Shown one piece after another: positions 37,668 to 50,400 of a stretch of DNA of 64,000 nt. The position numbers and the translations under genes were made by a program. Where the stretch lies: positions 5,456,001 through 5,520,000 of the forward strand of contig NC_043026.1 in assembly GCF_006345805.1 (NCBI RefSeq), read 5' to 3'. Origin of the DNA: Octopus sinensis. Taxonomy: Eukaryota. Position 1 is the first letter of the stretch. Every line of letters begins with the position of its first letter. Below the pieces are notes generated by a model. It saw nothing but the letters and a program-made list of their open reading frames with translations. It had not been told where the DNA came from and ran no database searches.

Positions 37668-38220
37668 CGCATGCGCATAGAATATACTTCCGCTTCCATT
37701 CAGTACTTTCTTGAATTTCAATTAACTCCCAAACACATAAATAATGCATTTCTCAACCACTTGACGCCCTCACAACAACAACAACAACAACACCATCCTT
37801 TATAAAGACATTTCCGTAAATATTAAGCAATCAAAACATTTAATCTTTTTAATAATTTGTGTCTCACATGTCCTTTGATTTGTTCGACATTTGGCTGCTA
37901 TTTCTAGCTATGGAGCCTACCTCCTACACGCTCCATCGTTTTCCACGTTAGTTTGTTGTGTGTTTTAGTTGGAGAAATATCCTCAAATAAACTCCAACCA
38001 AAGAAATGCTGAGAATCCAATGTTTTATTATAATTTATCGAATGTTTGTTTCGAGATATAGGGAAAGGGAGATAATTAGTAAGCGGGGCAAAATGAGTAA
38101 TTTCCCATTTCTCTTTATTTTATTCCCCTCCTCTTTGGAATCTCGTTACATCTTGATTATTGTTACATTATGTTCAGGAATGGCAATTGGTTGTCATGGT
38201 TGTTGAAATTGCAGTCCGAC
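37668..38220 (+). promoter_or_regulatory. ZNF upstream cassette, copy D
   Basis: cgcatgcgcat...tacttccgcttcc, then the block matching 30815-31130. The terminal CpG motif is absent. Confidence 0.55.
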
Positions 38221-38401
38221 CACACGGTCTTTTTTCATTTTCAGGGAATTTTGCATCATCTTTCAACCCGATTGTAATTCAGGTTGCTAATAAAGTATCC
38301 GGATGATGTTTTTGATAAGATCTGCTGTGAAAATAAAAAGAAAAAAGAAGGCGGAGTTCTGTTTTAAGAATGGCTTTATAACCAACCCCACTTGACTCTT
38401 C

Positions 38402-38780
38402 TAGTGGCTGTGTGGTAAGTAGCTTGCTTACCAACCGCATGGTTCCGGTTTCAGTCTTCTGAAGTGTCTTCTGCTATAGCCTCGGGCCGACCAATGCCTT
38501 GTGAGTGGATTTGGTAGAGGGAAACTGTAAGATGCCTGTTGCATATATGTATATATATATGTATATGTATGTATATGTTTGTGTGTCTGTGTTTGTCTGT
38601 TTAGCATTGCTTGACAACCGATGTTGGTGTGTTTACGTCCCCGTCACTTAGCGGTTCGGCAAAAGAGACCGATCGAATAAGTACTGGGCTTACAAAGACT
38701 AAGTCCCGGGGTTGATTTGCTCGACTAAATGTGGTGCTCCAGCATGGCCGCTGTCAAATGACTGAAACAAGTAAAAGAGA
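38402..38780 (+). mobile_element. SINE family 1
   Basis: agtggctgtgtggtaagtagc...ctgaaacaagtaaaagag. Confidence 0.85.
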
Positions 38781-38803
38781 GTAAAGAGTTGTGTTCTATG
38801 CAT

Positions 38804-39420
38804 CAGAATTCTGTTTCCATAATCAGTTTGATGGCTCACCTCTGTCGGTTGAGTAAAGTGTCATCCAAGCTGATGTTTATTGGTAATTCAACTTATTATG
38901 CAACACTTGTGCATATTTATCCTAACCCTAACTTTTCGTGTGGTTGTGATTTGAGAAAACAGTCAGCAGTATACTAAAGATCGGACATAATCTTTTGTGG
39001 GCAAGAAATGTAAAATAAAGTTGATTATAAACAATGCAAATACTTTGTAATTTAATAGCTTTGAAAAGGTTGCAAGACGCATCGAAAATTTTAGGAAAAT
39101 AAAAACAAGAAATAAGTGGAAATTTTACCGGTGAGTGTGTTACATTATAAGGCACAAAAAGAAAATGACTCTCCCCAGACACAACAGAATGTGATACCTG
39201 TTAAACAGAAATTATTTTTATTTAAGAAAAGTTTAATAAAATCTAATCATAGGTGAAATTATGCTAAATACAACTAAATTGAAAACCTTTTGCTCCTGGC
39301 CATATTGGCAATTCTGAAAACTTTTGGGTGCGAATTTTACAAGCTTTTTTTAATAATTTTTATCCTGAAAATTGCCTGCGTCAATAACACAAGTGTGCAA
39401 ATTACTTAGGTTTTTGTGGT
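38804..39420 (+). mobile_element. Partial copy of the 12781-13826 TIR element
   Basis: agaattctgtttccat...gtgcaaattacttaggtttttgtggt is colinear with 13332-13828. Confidence 0.8.
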
Positions 39421-40175
39421 GTGTGTGTGTTAATGTGAATATATATATGTGTGTTTGTGTGTCTTTGTGACTGTGTTTATGTCCCCATAATTTAGTGGTT
39501 TCACAAAAGAGATCAATACAATATGTACTAGGCTCAAAAAATGAGTCCTAGGTAGATTTGTTCAACTAAAACCCTCTAAGGTGGTGCTCCAGCATGGCCA
39601 CAGTCAAAACAACTGAAATAAGTAAAATAATGTGTGTGTGTGTGTGTGTGAATGTGTAGCTGGGGTTTAGAAATCTCTTAGCTTCACACAAGATTTTCTG
39701 ATGTAAATTCTAATAAATTAGAAAGTTCTGTTGTTCAGTTAAATGTTTATTTCTAGAGTTTATCTCTATGGAAATGTTGAATCTGTATTCTTTTAAGTAG
39801 CCTCTCTATCTTACACTGTTGTTTCTTTATTATTGGCATAACTGAAGATACATTCTCATTATTTATCATCTTTCAAAGACCAAAATGGAAATATTGTACA
39901 GAACAGATATATAAGATTGTTTCTCTAAATCTATGGCAGAATTCCTCTGATATATTTACTCTGAAATGTGTTATTAGCAAACCTTCTGGACATCACTGGC
40001 TGGAGTGTCTACAAGATGAGTCTGTGAGCAAATTAAACTTGGACTATTTTATTAAAGAGTTTTGGGACAAAATTAACAATGGACAGAAATACAGCAGTTG
40101 AAATATTTGTAAACAAAAGACTATAGAAGCAAGAAGAAGGAAAAGAATATATATTGTGATTTTCGAAGAAAAATA

Positions 40176-40831
40176 ATGGAAAAGAGTGAGAAACTAAAGG
40201 ATCTGACTTTTCCAGAAGTTAGAGAAGAGGGGAAACAAAAACTGTCATATGACTGTGATGTCTGTAAAAAGTCTTTCTCACAAAAGGGTCGCTTAAATAT
40301 TCACAAACGTATTCATACAGGAGAGAATCCATTTCACTGTGACATCTGTGGTAAATCTTCCCCTCAAAGTAATACCCTGACTAGACACAAACGTATTCAT
40401 ACAGGGAAGAAGCCTTATCGTTGTGATGTCTGTGGTACATCATTCTGTGACCAAAGTACTTTAAATTCTCACATACTTGTTCATACAGGGGAGAAGCTAT
40501 TTCACTGTGACATTTGTGGTAAATCATTCTCTAAAAAAATTAACTTGACTACACACGAACTTATTCATACAGGAGAGAAGCCATATCACTGTGATGTCTG
40601 TTTTGCATCATTCCTTGGCCGAAGTGCTTTTAATTCGCACATGCGTTTTCATACGGGGGAGAAACCATTTCACTGTGACATCTGTGGTAAATCGTTCCTT
40701 CAAAAAGGTAGTTTGACTACACACATGAACTTATTCATACTAGAGAGAAGCCTTATCCCTGTGATGTCTGTGGTACATCATTCTCTGACCGAAGTGCTTT
40801 AAATTCTCACATACTTGTTCATATAGGATAG
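40176..40831 (+). pseudogene. C2H2 zinc-finger locus ZNF-D (7 finger units; probable pseudogene)
   Basis: Paralog of ZNF-C (39630-40280 vs 31980-32640). A 2-bp CA insertion lies in finger 6; the corrected frame ends at TAG 40829-40831 (217 aa). The conserved acceptor is deleted. Confidence 0.75.
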
Positions 40832-40934
40832 AAACCATATCATTTGTAGTAAATCCTTCTCTCAAAGTAGTGCTTAACTTCTCACAAACATTTTCATTCA
40901 GGAGAGACACCATATTCCTGTAACATATTCCTGT

Positions 40935-41140
40935 GTTAAAAGTCATTTTCAAGGAAGAGTCTTCGGGTAAATCAATAAGTTCCTCATCGGCTTTTGTTGA
41001 TATTCCAGTTGTCACGTCAGGCTGAAAGGGGTTCATAATCCATCTTTTCTGTTGCATAGTATTCATCTCTTTATGAAAATACAATTCAAAACTTTCACTT
41101 AACTTATTCAAGTGTTCAGATATCTCAATGATTATACCAT
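40935..41140 (-). mobile_element. hAT (Buster/Charlie-like) transposase fragment
   Basis: ISEHLNKLSESFELYF...WIMNPF...EELIDLPEDSSLKMTF. Confidence 0.75.
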
Positions 41141-41714
41141 TGTAAGCAATAGGATCACATGCGGTCGTATTGTGTAGGAAATACAATCGCACGCGGTCCC
41201 ATTCTTAACGAATTATTACGAGTCATAAATACATGCAGTAACAATAGAACATAAGTGAATTGGCGACAAGTCTTGCTGTTGGGAGATAAATATTATTTAT
41301 TTTACATATTTTACAATTGTGTCCATATCAGGAGCTGGTAAGCGTTAGTATGGTTTTGTGTCTGTGTGTTCGGGTGGCGTGAAGCATACCCAAAGGCACT
41401 GAACATAGAATTAACAATGGCATTTAGTTTACTGTTCATAGGGCAAGGTGTGGGAATCTACTCGAGAGGCTTTCAGTGTTTGTATAGATTAGCGTAGCAA
41501 CAGGTAGTAGCAGAGACAATCGCATATCTCTAAGTTGAGCAGCAGGTGGTCTCAGTTAGTTCTTAGAAGAACTGGAACTCAAGACGAAAAGTGTCTGAAA
41601 ACACTTCCTTATAAGCCGTTTGGGTGGCTCCAACGACTTCAGAGATGGAATCCTAAACAAAAGTCGTGATTGGTTGTTTAAGACTGTGGCGCGAAATGAG
41701 TCGAGACAATCCGC

Positions 41715-41868
41715 GTCACGTGTCAACCAGTGGCACGGACTACGTAGAGACCCTCGTGTCACATGTCAACCAGTTGCGCGAACTACGTAGAGACCACTAT
41801 AGTCATATTTCCAAAATGGCTGAAAACTGCCATGCCACAACGTTAAGAAATATGTGACGATAGTAAGT
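41715..41868 (+). promoter_or_regulatory. Promoter-like CpG segment with a 38-bp direct repeat
   Basis: gtcac.tgtcaaccagt.gc.cg.actacgtagagacc at 41715 and 41758, caaaatggc at 41812, GTAAGT at 41863. Confidence 0.35.
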
Positions 41869-42806
41869 AAAGAATATTGATTCACTCTTGGGTGAATTCT
41901 TAGAAAATGAGCATTTTTCGTTGTCTTTTGGGGCTGGCAAACCAGTCTGAGTTGGTCAGATATAGACTGCTGTTTCCAGACGTTCACTTGTGTCTTTTAG
42001 GTGAGTCCTAACCCCTGCCTCAAGGGACGAAGTCAAGAATTGCAGGGGAGCTGGTTCTGAAAGACTTGAATCGCCTCTCGTAAGTGGAATAGGAAATCTC
42101 TTAGGAGAGCTGTTTGTTGCTAGAGGCACAAAAACTGCAGTCGACAAGACTAGATTTAAATGCTGACTAAACTTTTTAAAATGTTTACTGGTTGCACATG
42201 TAAGAATTCAGGAGAGATGCAACGCATAAAAGGAAGGCATTTTCTGTTGGAAGTTGTTGATAGGATGAAGTGTGCAGGTGAGACATGTCTGTCGATGTGG
42301 AGTGAGAGAATGGTAACTGTTGCAGCCTGTGATGCGCAGGATTTAGCGACAACATTTCTATGAATCTCATTGTGAGGATGTTACCAGAGCCATAATTATA
42401 CAGGTGTATGCAAGTATATAAAACTTACTTGCATAAACTTACGGTGTGTGTGCGTGCGTGCGTATGCTTACACGTGTGTTTGTCTATGTATACATATATA
42501 TATATACGACGAGCTTCTTTCTGTTTCCGTCTACCAAATCCACTCACAAGGCTTTGGTTGGCCCAAGGCTACAGATGTGCACGCGCAGCAGGACTGAACC
42601 CGGAAGCATGTGGTTCGTAAGCACGCTACGTACCACACAGCCACTCCTGCGTCTATCTATGTATCTGTCTTCTGTCTGTCTATCATCTCTCCCTCTCTTT
42701 CTCTCTATCTGTCTACCTATCGATCGATCAGTGTGTGTTTCTACTTGGTTGAGTCCTAGAATAGAGGCCGAAAATGTTCTGTTCATTCTATCTTGTTATA
42801 TACATA

Positions 42807-43056
42807 TTGGCTTGGTGCATAATTATTGCGGCTTTTTTCAACAAATTTCATTCAACAAAAACAATAACAACATGCAATAAAAACATCTTTAAATGATTAT
42901 TCCGGAGCATATTCACCATCTCCTTCAATTACTGCTTCCCATTTGCTTGGCAGACGGTCAGACCGTCATTCAAAGATGTTTTTGTTAAATATTGTTATTG
43001 TTTTTGTTGAATAAAATTTGTTGAAAAATAGCCGCAATAATTATACACCAACTCAA
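42807..43056 (-). mobile_element. 250-bp mariner deletion derivative (MITE)
   Basis: TA-flanked TIRs ttggcttggtgcataattattgcggc / gccgcaataattatacaccaactcaa. The interior encodes the transposase C-terminus RLPSKWEAVIEGDGEYAPE* on the minus strand. Confidence 0.9.
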
Positions 43057-43532
43057 TATCTCATAGATATACACGTAATATGGCCACAAGCAGAGAGACG
43101 TACACACATGTTTTGTATATGACTGTGTACTTGTGGCTGCATGTGTTTATATTGGTGAATGTATGTATAAAACGCGTGTTATAATTCTGCGAGTTGGTTT
43201 CCTGTGGATTCGCGTTCAAATCCATGACAAGGCAGAGGTAGAGAAGGAAATCTATTTCCTTATTTCTCTTTCTATATTGAGTAAAAGGATTGCCTCACAC
43301 CTACACATCTGCACAAATAGGACGGACGTCCCTTTCCATCACTGAACGACGTGGGTGTGTATGTGTTGGATTGTTTGCATGTGTGTGTGTGTCTTGAGGA
43401 CTCAGTAGTAGAATGGGAGGCTGAAACACTCCTTGTTAAACATACCACTTCCATAAACAACCAAACCCCAGACGCTGGTACAGAGTGGAGGTTGTTGTAG
43501 ATAAAGACAAAGTGAGAGAGTTAAATACAGAC

Positions 43533-43560
<28 letters not shown>

Positions 43561-43569
<9 letters not shown>

Positions 43570-43740
43570 AATTGAGGACTGAACACGAAAAGTGGACAGT
43601 CAACAAAAGATTATGTTCTCAGATCAAACTTGGTGAGTTTAATCTGAGAACATAATCTTTTGTGGAGAATGGCGATTTGACGTCTATATCTAGCATGTTC
43701 ACTGTCCACTTTTCGTGTTCAGTCCTCAATTGGTATATAT
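43561..43740. repeat. Nested palindrome
   Basis: Perfect 40-bp outer arms (43561-43600 and 43701-43740) enclose a perfect 21-bp inner hairpin (43604-43624 and 43642-43662). Confidence 0.95.
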
Positions 43741-43848
43741 AAATATTTTAATCTTCGGATTCTTTCTTAATATGCTAGACCACTGGTCTTAATTGATAAA
43801 TATCAATTTCTACCCTTAATTAATATTATATATATATATATATAATAT

Positions 43849-43948
<100 letters not shown>

Positions 43949-43967
43949 TGTGTGTGTGTATGTGTGT

Positions 43968-44340
43968 AGGCGCAGGAGTGGCTGTGTGGTAAGTAGCTTA
44001 TTTACCAACCACATGGTTCCGGGTACAGTCCCACTGCGTGGCATCTTGGGCAAGTGTCTTCTACCCAAAGCCCTGTGAGTGGATTTGTTTGATGGAAACT
44101 GAAAGAAGCCCGTCGTATATATTTATATATATATATGAGTGTGTGTGTGGGTCTGTGTTTGTCCCCCTAGCATTGCTTGACAACCGATGTTTACGTCCCC
44201 GTTACTTAGCGGTTCGGCAAAACAGACCGATAGAATAAGTACTAGGCTTACAAAAGAAAAAGTCCCGGGATCGAGTTGCTCGATTAAAGGCGGTGCTCCA
44301 GCTTGGCCGCAGCCAAATGACTGAAACAAGTAAAAGAGTA
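43968..44340 (+). mobile_element. SINE family 1, near full length
   Basis: tRNA-like head with A/B boxes, internal (TA)/(TG) run, tail ctgaaacaagtaaaagagta. Confidence 0.9.
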
Positions 44341-44443
44341 AAAGGATATATATATATATATATATACATAAATAGATATATACATAAAAAGATAGACATA
44401 TAGAGAGAGAGATGGCTAGATAGATAGGGGAGAGAGTCAAACA

Positions 44444-44485
<42 letters not shown>

Positions 44486-45480
44486 TAGATAGATAGATAG
44501 ATACATACATACATACATAGATACATAGATAGAGAGAGAGAGGCAGAAAGTGACGTTCCCGGATACACACACACACACACACACACAACATCACACATAA
44601 ATACACACACACGCACAAACATAAACAGGCGTGTATACACACACACAGACACACCGATACACACCCCAGTCATCATTCGTCTTATGTGTATACATGTGTA
44701 ATACTCCACCCTCTCTCTCCCCCTTTCTCTGTCTATAGACGTATGTAAATATTCATACTCACTTACATATATAAATATTTACCTGCTTATGTACATACAT
44801 AAATACATACATATACACACATCCGTTAGTTTTCCTTTCTTTTTCACGTCCAAATTAATTATAATTCCTAATTAATGACTTAATTGTGAGACCTTTAATG
44901 TCATTTAACATTATTTAATTCATAAAAATGCTGACAATGTCTCTTTGATTTTAAATAAATAATTTAGACAAAGTTTTGTCTAAATTTCCCGCCTTTTTCT
45001 CCACGTTTTTTGTCATTCAAATTAGCGTTGCTAGGCAACAGATAGAAACAATTGAACGGGAAGCGGCAGAAGTTATAGAGAGACTCCAGACTGGGCAGTT
45101 TGTATGATACCAGACCCGAAATATCACCAGACACCCTTAAGCATGGGTTGTCACAGATGGATTTACCCGTCGTCTTTTCTACGTGTGTGCAAGAAGTCTA
45201 CGTATAATAATGTATAATTATATGTATATATATTTGAGTTTATATATGAATATGCATGTATGTATAATATTCTGCTTTACTGTGGGTATAATTATGATGT
45301 ATATTTATATTCCTATATAAATGTATCGGCAATCCTATACAATAGAGTCGGAATTTATCCAATACCTCAACTATTCCAACATCTTTTGATATTTCTTTTT
45401 TAAACTTGTACATATACATGAATAAATGTATACACAAAAACACATACATATAATATATATATACACACCTACATTTCTAC

Positions 45481-45528
<48 letters not shown>

Positions 45529-46667
45529 CTGTGGCATAACTACAGATGAACACCCCATCGACTTTGTTTCCTCATAACTTCCAGGAAAATGGATATTTTT
45601 AATGAAACTTCCACTTTCATTTTCTAACAGAAAAGGATGCTCTCAAAAGAAATCCTCTTTTACAAAGCTCTTATTTAAATCCCTGTGGATAAATTCCAGC
45701 AAGAATCTTCTCAGGTTCTCCAATATTTTACAATTATATAAAGAGAAAGAATCGGGGGCCAGGAAATGGGGCTAAAAATAATCAGAGATTTTAAAAATAT
45801 TCTTTTTATTTTTTTATAACATAATTGTGTTTCTGGGGGAAAAAATGAGAAAAAAAAAGAAGACAAGGAAGGTGGTGTGCTAGAAACAACAGCCAAATCT
45901 CCCTTAAATCACACACTTTTCCCCTCGAACCCTTACAAAACATTTTGCCAACAAATTTCTTTGTAATCGTAATCTACATCGTTTGAAAGTTATTTCTACC
46001 AAATTTCATTCAAATGAATACCTTTATACACATGTATATACCTACATATATACACAGGTCTTTTGCTATGTATTTTAAACACATAAAACTCATAGATGCA
46101 TACTTTTATAATATTTTACACTTAAACCGCCGCAGGACAATATTTTCGGAGTTGCTTCTTAAAGTGTCCTTCACTTTTTTTATGACAAACGATACAAATT
46201 TCAGAGTATTTGGCTGTTATTTCTAGCATGATGTTAGGCCATCTATAGGACAATATTTGACATGGATGCTTTGAAAAATTGTCCTTCGATTTTTATTTGT
46301 GATGAGACAAAAATGTGAAGGTTTAGATGGCTCTTTCTAGCATGAAATGAGACCATATACAGGTCAATTTTATTTATGAATGCTTCTTAAAGTGTCCTTC
46401 AAATTTTATATGAAAAGTAAAGTGGTTTCTATTTCTAGCGTGAAAAATGACCAGCTATGGGAAAGCTTTTACTGAATGCTTCTTAAAGTGTCCTTCTCTT
46501 TTTTATGAACCCCCAACAGCAACAACAACAACAACCCTACGAGGACGAAAGGCAATGTTTGTGCGTGTGTGCAGTTGGAATGTCACTGCAACAACAACAA
46601 CAACAATCTATTCTTATTAAACGTTAAAAACTGTCAGATGCAGACTGCACACACGCACACACAACGC

Positions 46668-46803
46668 TGATGACGACGACGATGATGACGATGATGATGA
46701 TGGCGATGATGATGATGATGACGATGATGATGATGATGACGATGATGATGGCGATGATGGTGATGATGATGATGGTGATGATGGTGATGATGACGACGAC
46801 GAC

Positions 46804-46873
<70 letters not shown>

Positions 46874-46972
46874 GTGATGATGACGACGATGATGATGATG
46901 ACGATGATGGTGATGATGATGACGATGATGGTGATGATGGTGATGATGATGACCACGACGACGACGACGGCG
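46668..46972 (+). repeat. Compound trinucleotide repeat (GAT/GAC/GGT)n, ~100 units
   Basis: Direct reading; (CAA)n runs lie just upstream at 46513-46610. Confidence 0.95.
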
Positions 46973-47097
46973 GTGGGGTCGTCTGCCTTTTAATGGAGAA
47001 TCAATGATTATGAAAGTCTCTGCTTTCGGACCAGACATTCCTATACATACATGCATGCGTATATATTATATATATATATATTATTATATATATATAT

Positions 47098-47150
<53 letters not shown>

Positions 47151-47402
47151 AACATACATACTTATAGCCTTATTTCTATACATACATTCCTAAATATGTG
47201 TGTATATATATATAAACGCATGAGCACATACTGTATATAAATATACACACACACACAAAGAGAGAGTGTTGAGGAATGTTACACAATAAGTGTTAGTGTG
47301 TAGAATGCAATGTATGCGATGCAGGTTCGATTCCTGGGCGAAGCCATTTACAAGAAGAAGAAGAAGAAGAAGAAGATTGAAGTTTAATATTTCTGGAAAT
47401 AT

Positions 47403-50400
47403 TTATTTGTCAAAATAAAAGAAAGCAAAAGATTGACGTCCAGGAATAATTCCAAAAACCATCAAAGAATTGTCTGAAACATCCAAACCAAGAACTTCAG
47501 AGACTTCATTATCATCCCATCTGAGGAGTAAATATTTTGGATTATCTTTTAATCCCTGGATTTTAATAACTTCCGATGTTTCCTCTTCAATATGTCGAGG
47601 TATTTCGTAAATATTGTTTCTTTTATCTGTTATATAAACACATTCACCAATTGTGGTCAGACGAGGTCTTGCAAAATACTCTTCCCGACCAAAAACCATT
47701 CTTTCTCCTATTCTTATCCTCCTCACCAAAGACTTTTCCCTGAACCATTCCACAAAACACAAAACTTCCTTCCATACAGGCTTCTCCTTCATCTCCCTCC
47801 TCACAACAACAACATCACCAAAAGATGTGACTCCCACACCATCCACCCCTTCATCTCCCTCCAACCTTCCTTTTCTCCTCATCTTCCCACCACACACTTC
47901 ATCTTTACATTTCCCATCTTTGATATCAACCACATCCACATAATAAGTGTCAAAGATGTCAAGGTCTTTGCAATAATAGTAATACTTGTTGTTCTCCCAT
48001 ATTCTTCCGTATTTCTTGTGTCTCTCTTCTTGAGTTATGTCTCTAATATAATGACCACCACACACGAGTTGATTGTCGTTGTATTTATAAATCCTGTTGT
48101 AGTATTTCTCAGTTCTGATGGTTTTTAAACGACGGAGATCCCTGTTGAAGACCCTCATTTCTCTCCCAAAGGCGACAATGAAACATTCCTCTGTCCACCG
48201 ACATATGTCCAGTGGTGGTCGTTGTTGTTGTTCATGTTGAAGTATGTCCACTGTTGTTGTTGTTGTTGTTCTGATTAATGTGACACTTTCTCGAAACATC
48301 AACACACTCACATTCTCATCTAACTTAATTAGTTTACTGTTCAGGTCCCTAATGTCCCTATAATCATAATCAACAGGTTCCTCGAATGCAGGAATGGAAA
48401 AAGGGACCATTGCTGTCCTATATGGAAGTCTCCTCACTGATATTTCATCAATTCCTGAATTATTAATTTCCGCTATGTAATTACCACATCTCACCTTTAA
48501 TCTACCTTTACCAATTATTTCACCTGATTTACCTCTTCCTCCTCCATCTCCATCTCCTCCTCTGTATTCCACTTTATTAATTAATTCATTACTGAATATT
48601 TCCTTGTTCGTTTCAGATGTAATGGAAAGGAAACGAAGACCAGAATCAAGATTTAATAACGACACAGATTCCAGAATGTTCACTTGGTCCCCATCAATCT
48701 TTATGCAATGACATTCAATCAATTCATTATGTACACACCAGTAAATACCCGCCACTTTTCTCCATATTACACCATAAGGGATGAGACTCGACCAAACTTG
48801 AGATGTCTTCAAATCTTCTCCATTCAGTTGAAATATTTCTTTCCTTTTAGGAACCGTGGCCATTATGTGTGATTCTTGTGTAAAACACACACCACCAACT
48901 AAACTTGCAACATTTCTGTGACATAGCAACTCCCCATCTCTATCAAGTATTTTAACATTTCCATTATTGGCTTTTTCACACACAACTGTCTTTCCTTCCT
49001 CAGAGACATCAAAATCTTTTACTTGAACAGGACATTCGTCTGTTTGTAAACGAGCAACCGGGAAGCTGTCTCGATTCACCATAAACAACCCTTCAACATA
49101 CAATTCATTCCTTCTACTCCATTTCCCAAGGCTTCCAACAAACCTTGGTCCTTTACAGTCTATACTGGAGAAAAGTACTCTATCTTTATAAATTCTTTCA
49201 TTTAAAAATATTCTCTTGTATTCCCCATTCTGGGTCAAACACAAAATGTTTCGATATCCAGATAAACCTAAACATTTATCCCATTTACCATAAATGTACA
49301 AAAAACTGTCATCAATTGTCATCCTGTCATCATCATCAAAATAATAATTCTTCATGTAGTGTCTGACTGAATGTAAATATTGACCATCACTGTTGAAGAA
49401 AATGATGAATCTTTTGTTGAAGACAATGATGACATCTTCATCTGTAACTTTAATATCCAGGATTATATCAGAATAATTTCCATTTCTGCTTCTCTCTATT
49501 AATGGTTCAGGTATGTCTATTTTTTTTATTTCCTTCACACTCGAATGTATTTCATCAATATCAACAAAATGCAAATGTCTTACATCTCCCGATTCACTAA
49601 AAACCAGTTGATTGTTTGATAAAGAAGCCACACAATAATAATAATTATTTCTCGTTTGGTAAATTACCAACGACAATGGAAATTCCACTTTTAATGTCAA
49701 CAGTTGGGGTTTATTATAATCAAAATAATTCCCAGTCGTAATGACCAGTGTGTTTGACTGCCATCGACACATTTTAATATATCTATAAACATTCACTTTG
49801 ATTGAATCCAATGGTTGACCATCCAATGTGAATATCTTAATGTTCCCATTCTTTTTGTCCCATCCTGCAATCAGATTATTTTCAGTAAGAACCAAACGAT
49901 TAATCTCCGCTGGTTCTTTGTCTCCCAAATGTTCAGGGAGAGGAATATGTCTGGCTTTATAAGAAACTGTCAGGTCCTGTAGATATAAAGTGGAAGACAA
50001 CATTTCACTGAGAGAAATGTTTCTGGAAAATACATCCACCAGGTCGATATAATAATTAAGTTGATTATTAGTAACGAGATCATTAACCAACAAATTCTGA
50101 TCGTTTATGGTAAACATACGGCTTCTGTCTATCAGATAAACAGACGTTTGGTCAATAGATCCACCTTGGAGACTGAGGGGACGTTTCACTTTGGACATTA
50201 AAACACTGGGGACCATCTGACGACCGCCATGACCACCACCACCTATTCTAGTGTTGTACTGAAAAGCTTTTCCCCTAGTAACAATTAATAGCCTTTCTGT
50301 TTTCTTGTCTATTGATAATGATTTCACAAAAACAGGGATATTAATTGTCTTAATTACTTCGACTTGATTATAATAATTGATGGCTAAAATGTCTAAATGT

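Noticed and set aside
43968-44060. tRNA gene suggested by A- and B-box motifs
   Set aside because: The head of a repeated SINE with downstream SINE body; I could not fold a complete cloverleaf.
46624-47056. Poly-His, poly-Ile and poly-Met ORFs
   Set aside because: Translations of the (GAT)n repeat in different frames; no coding context.
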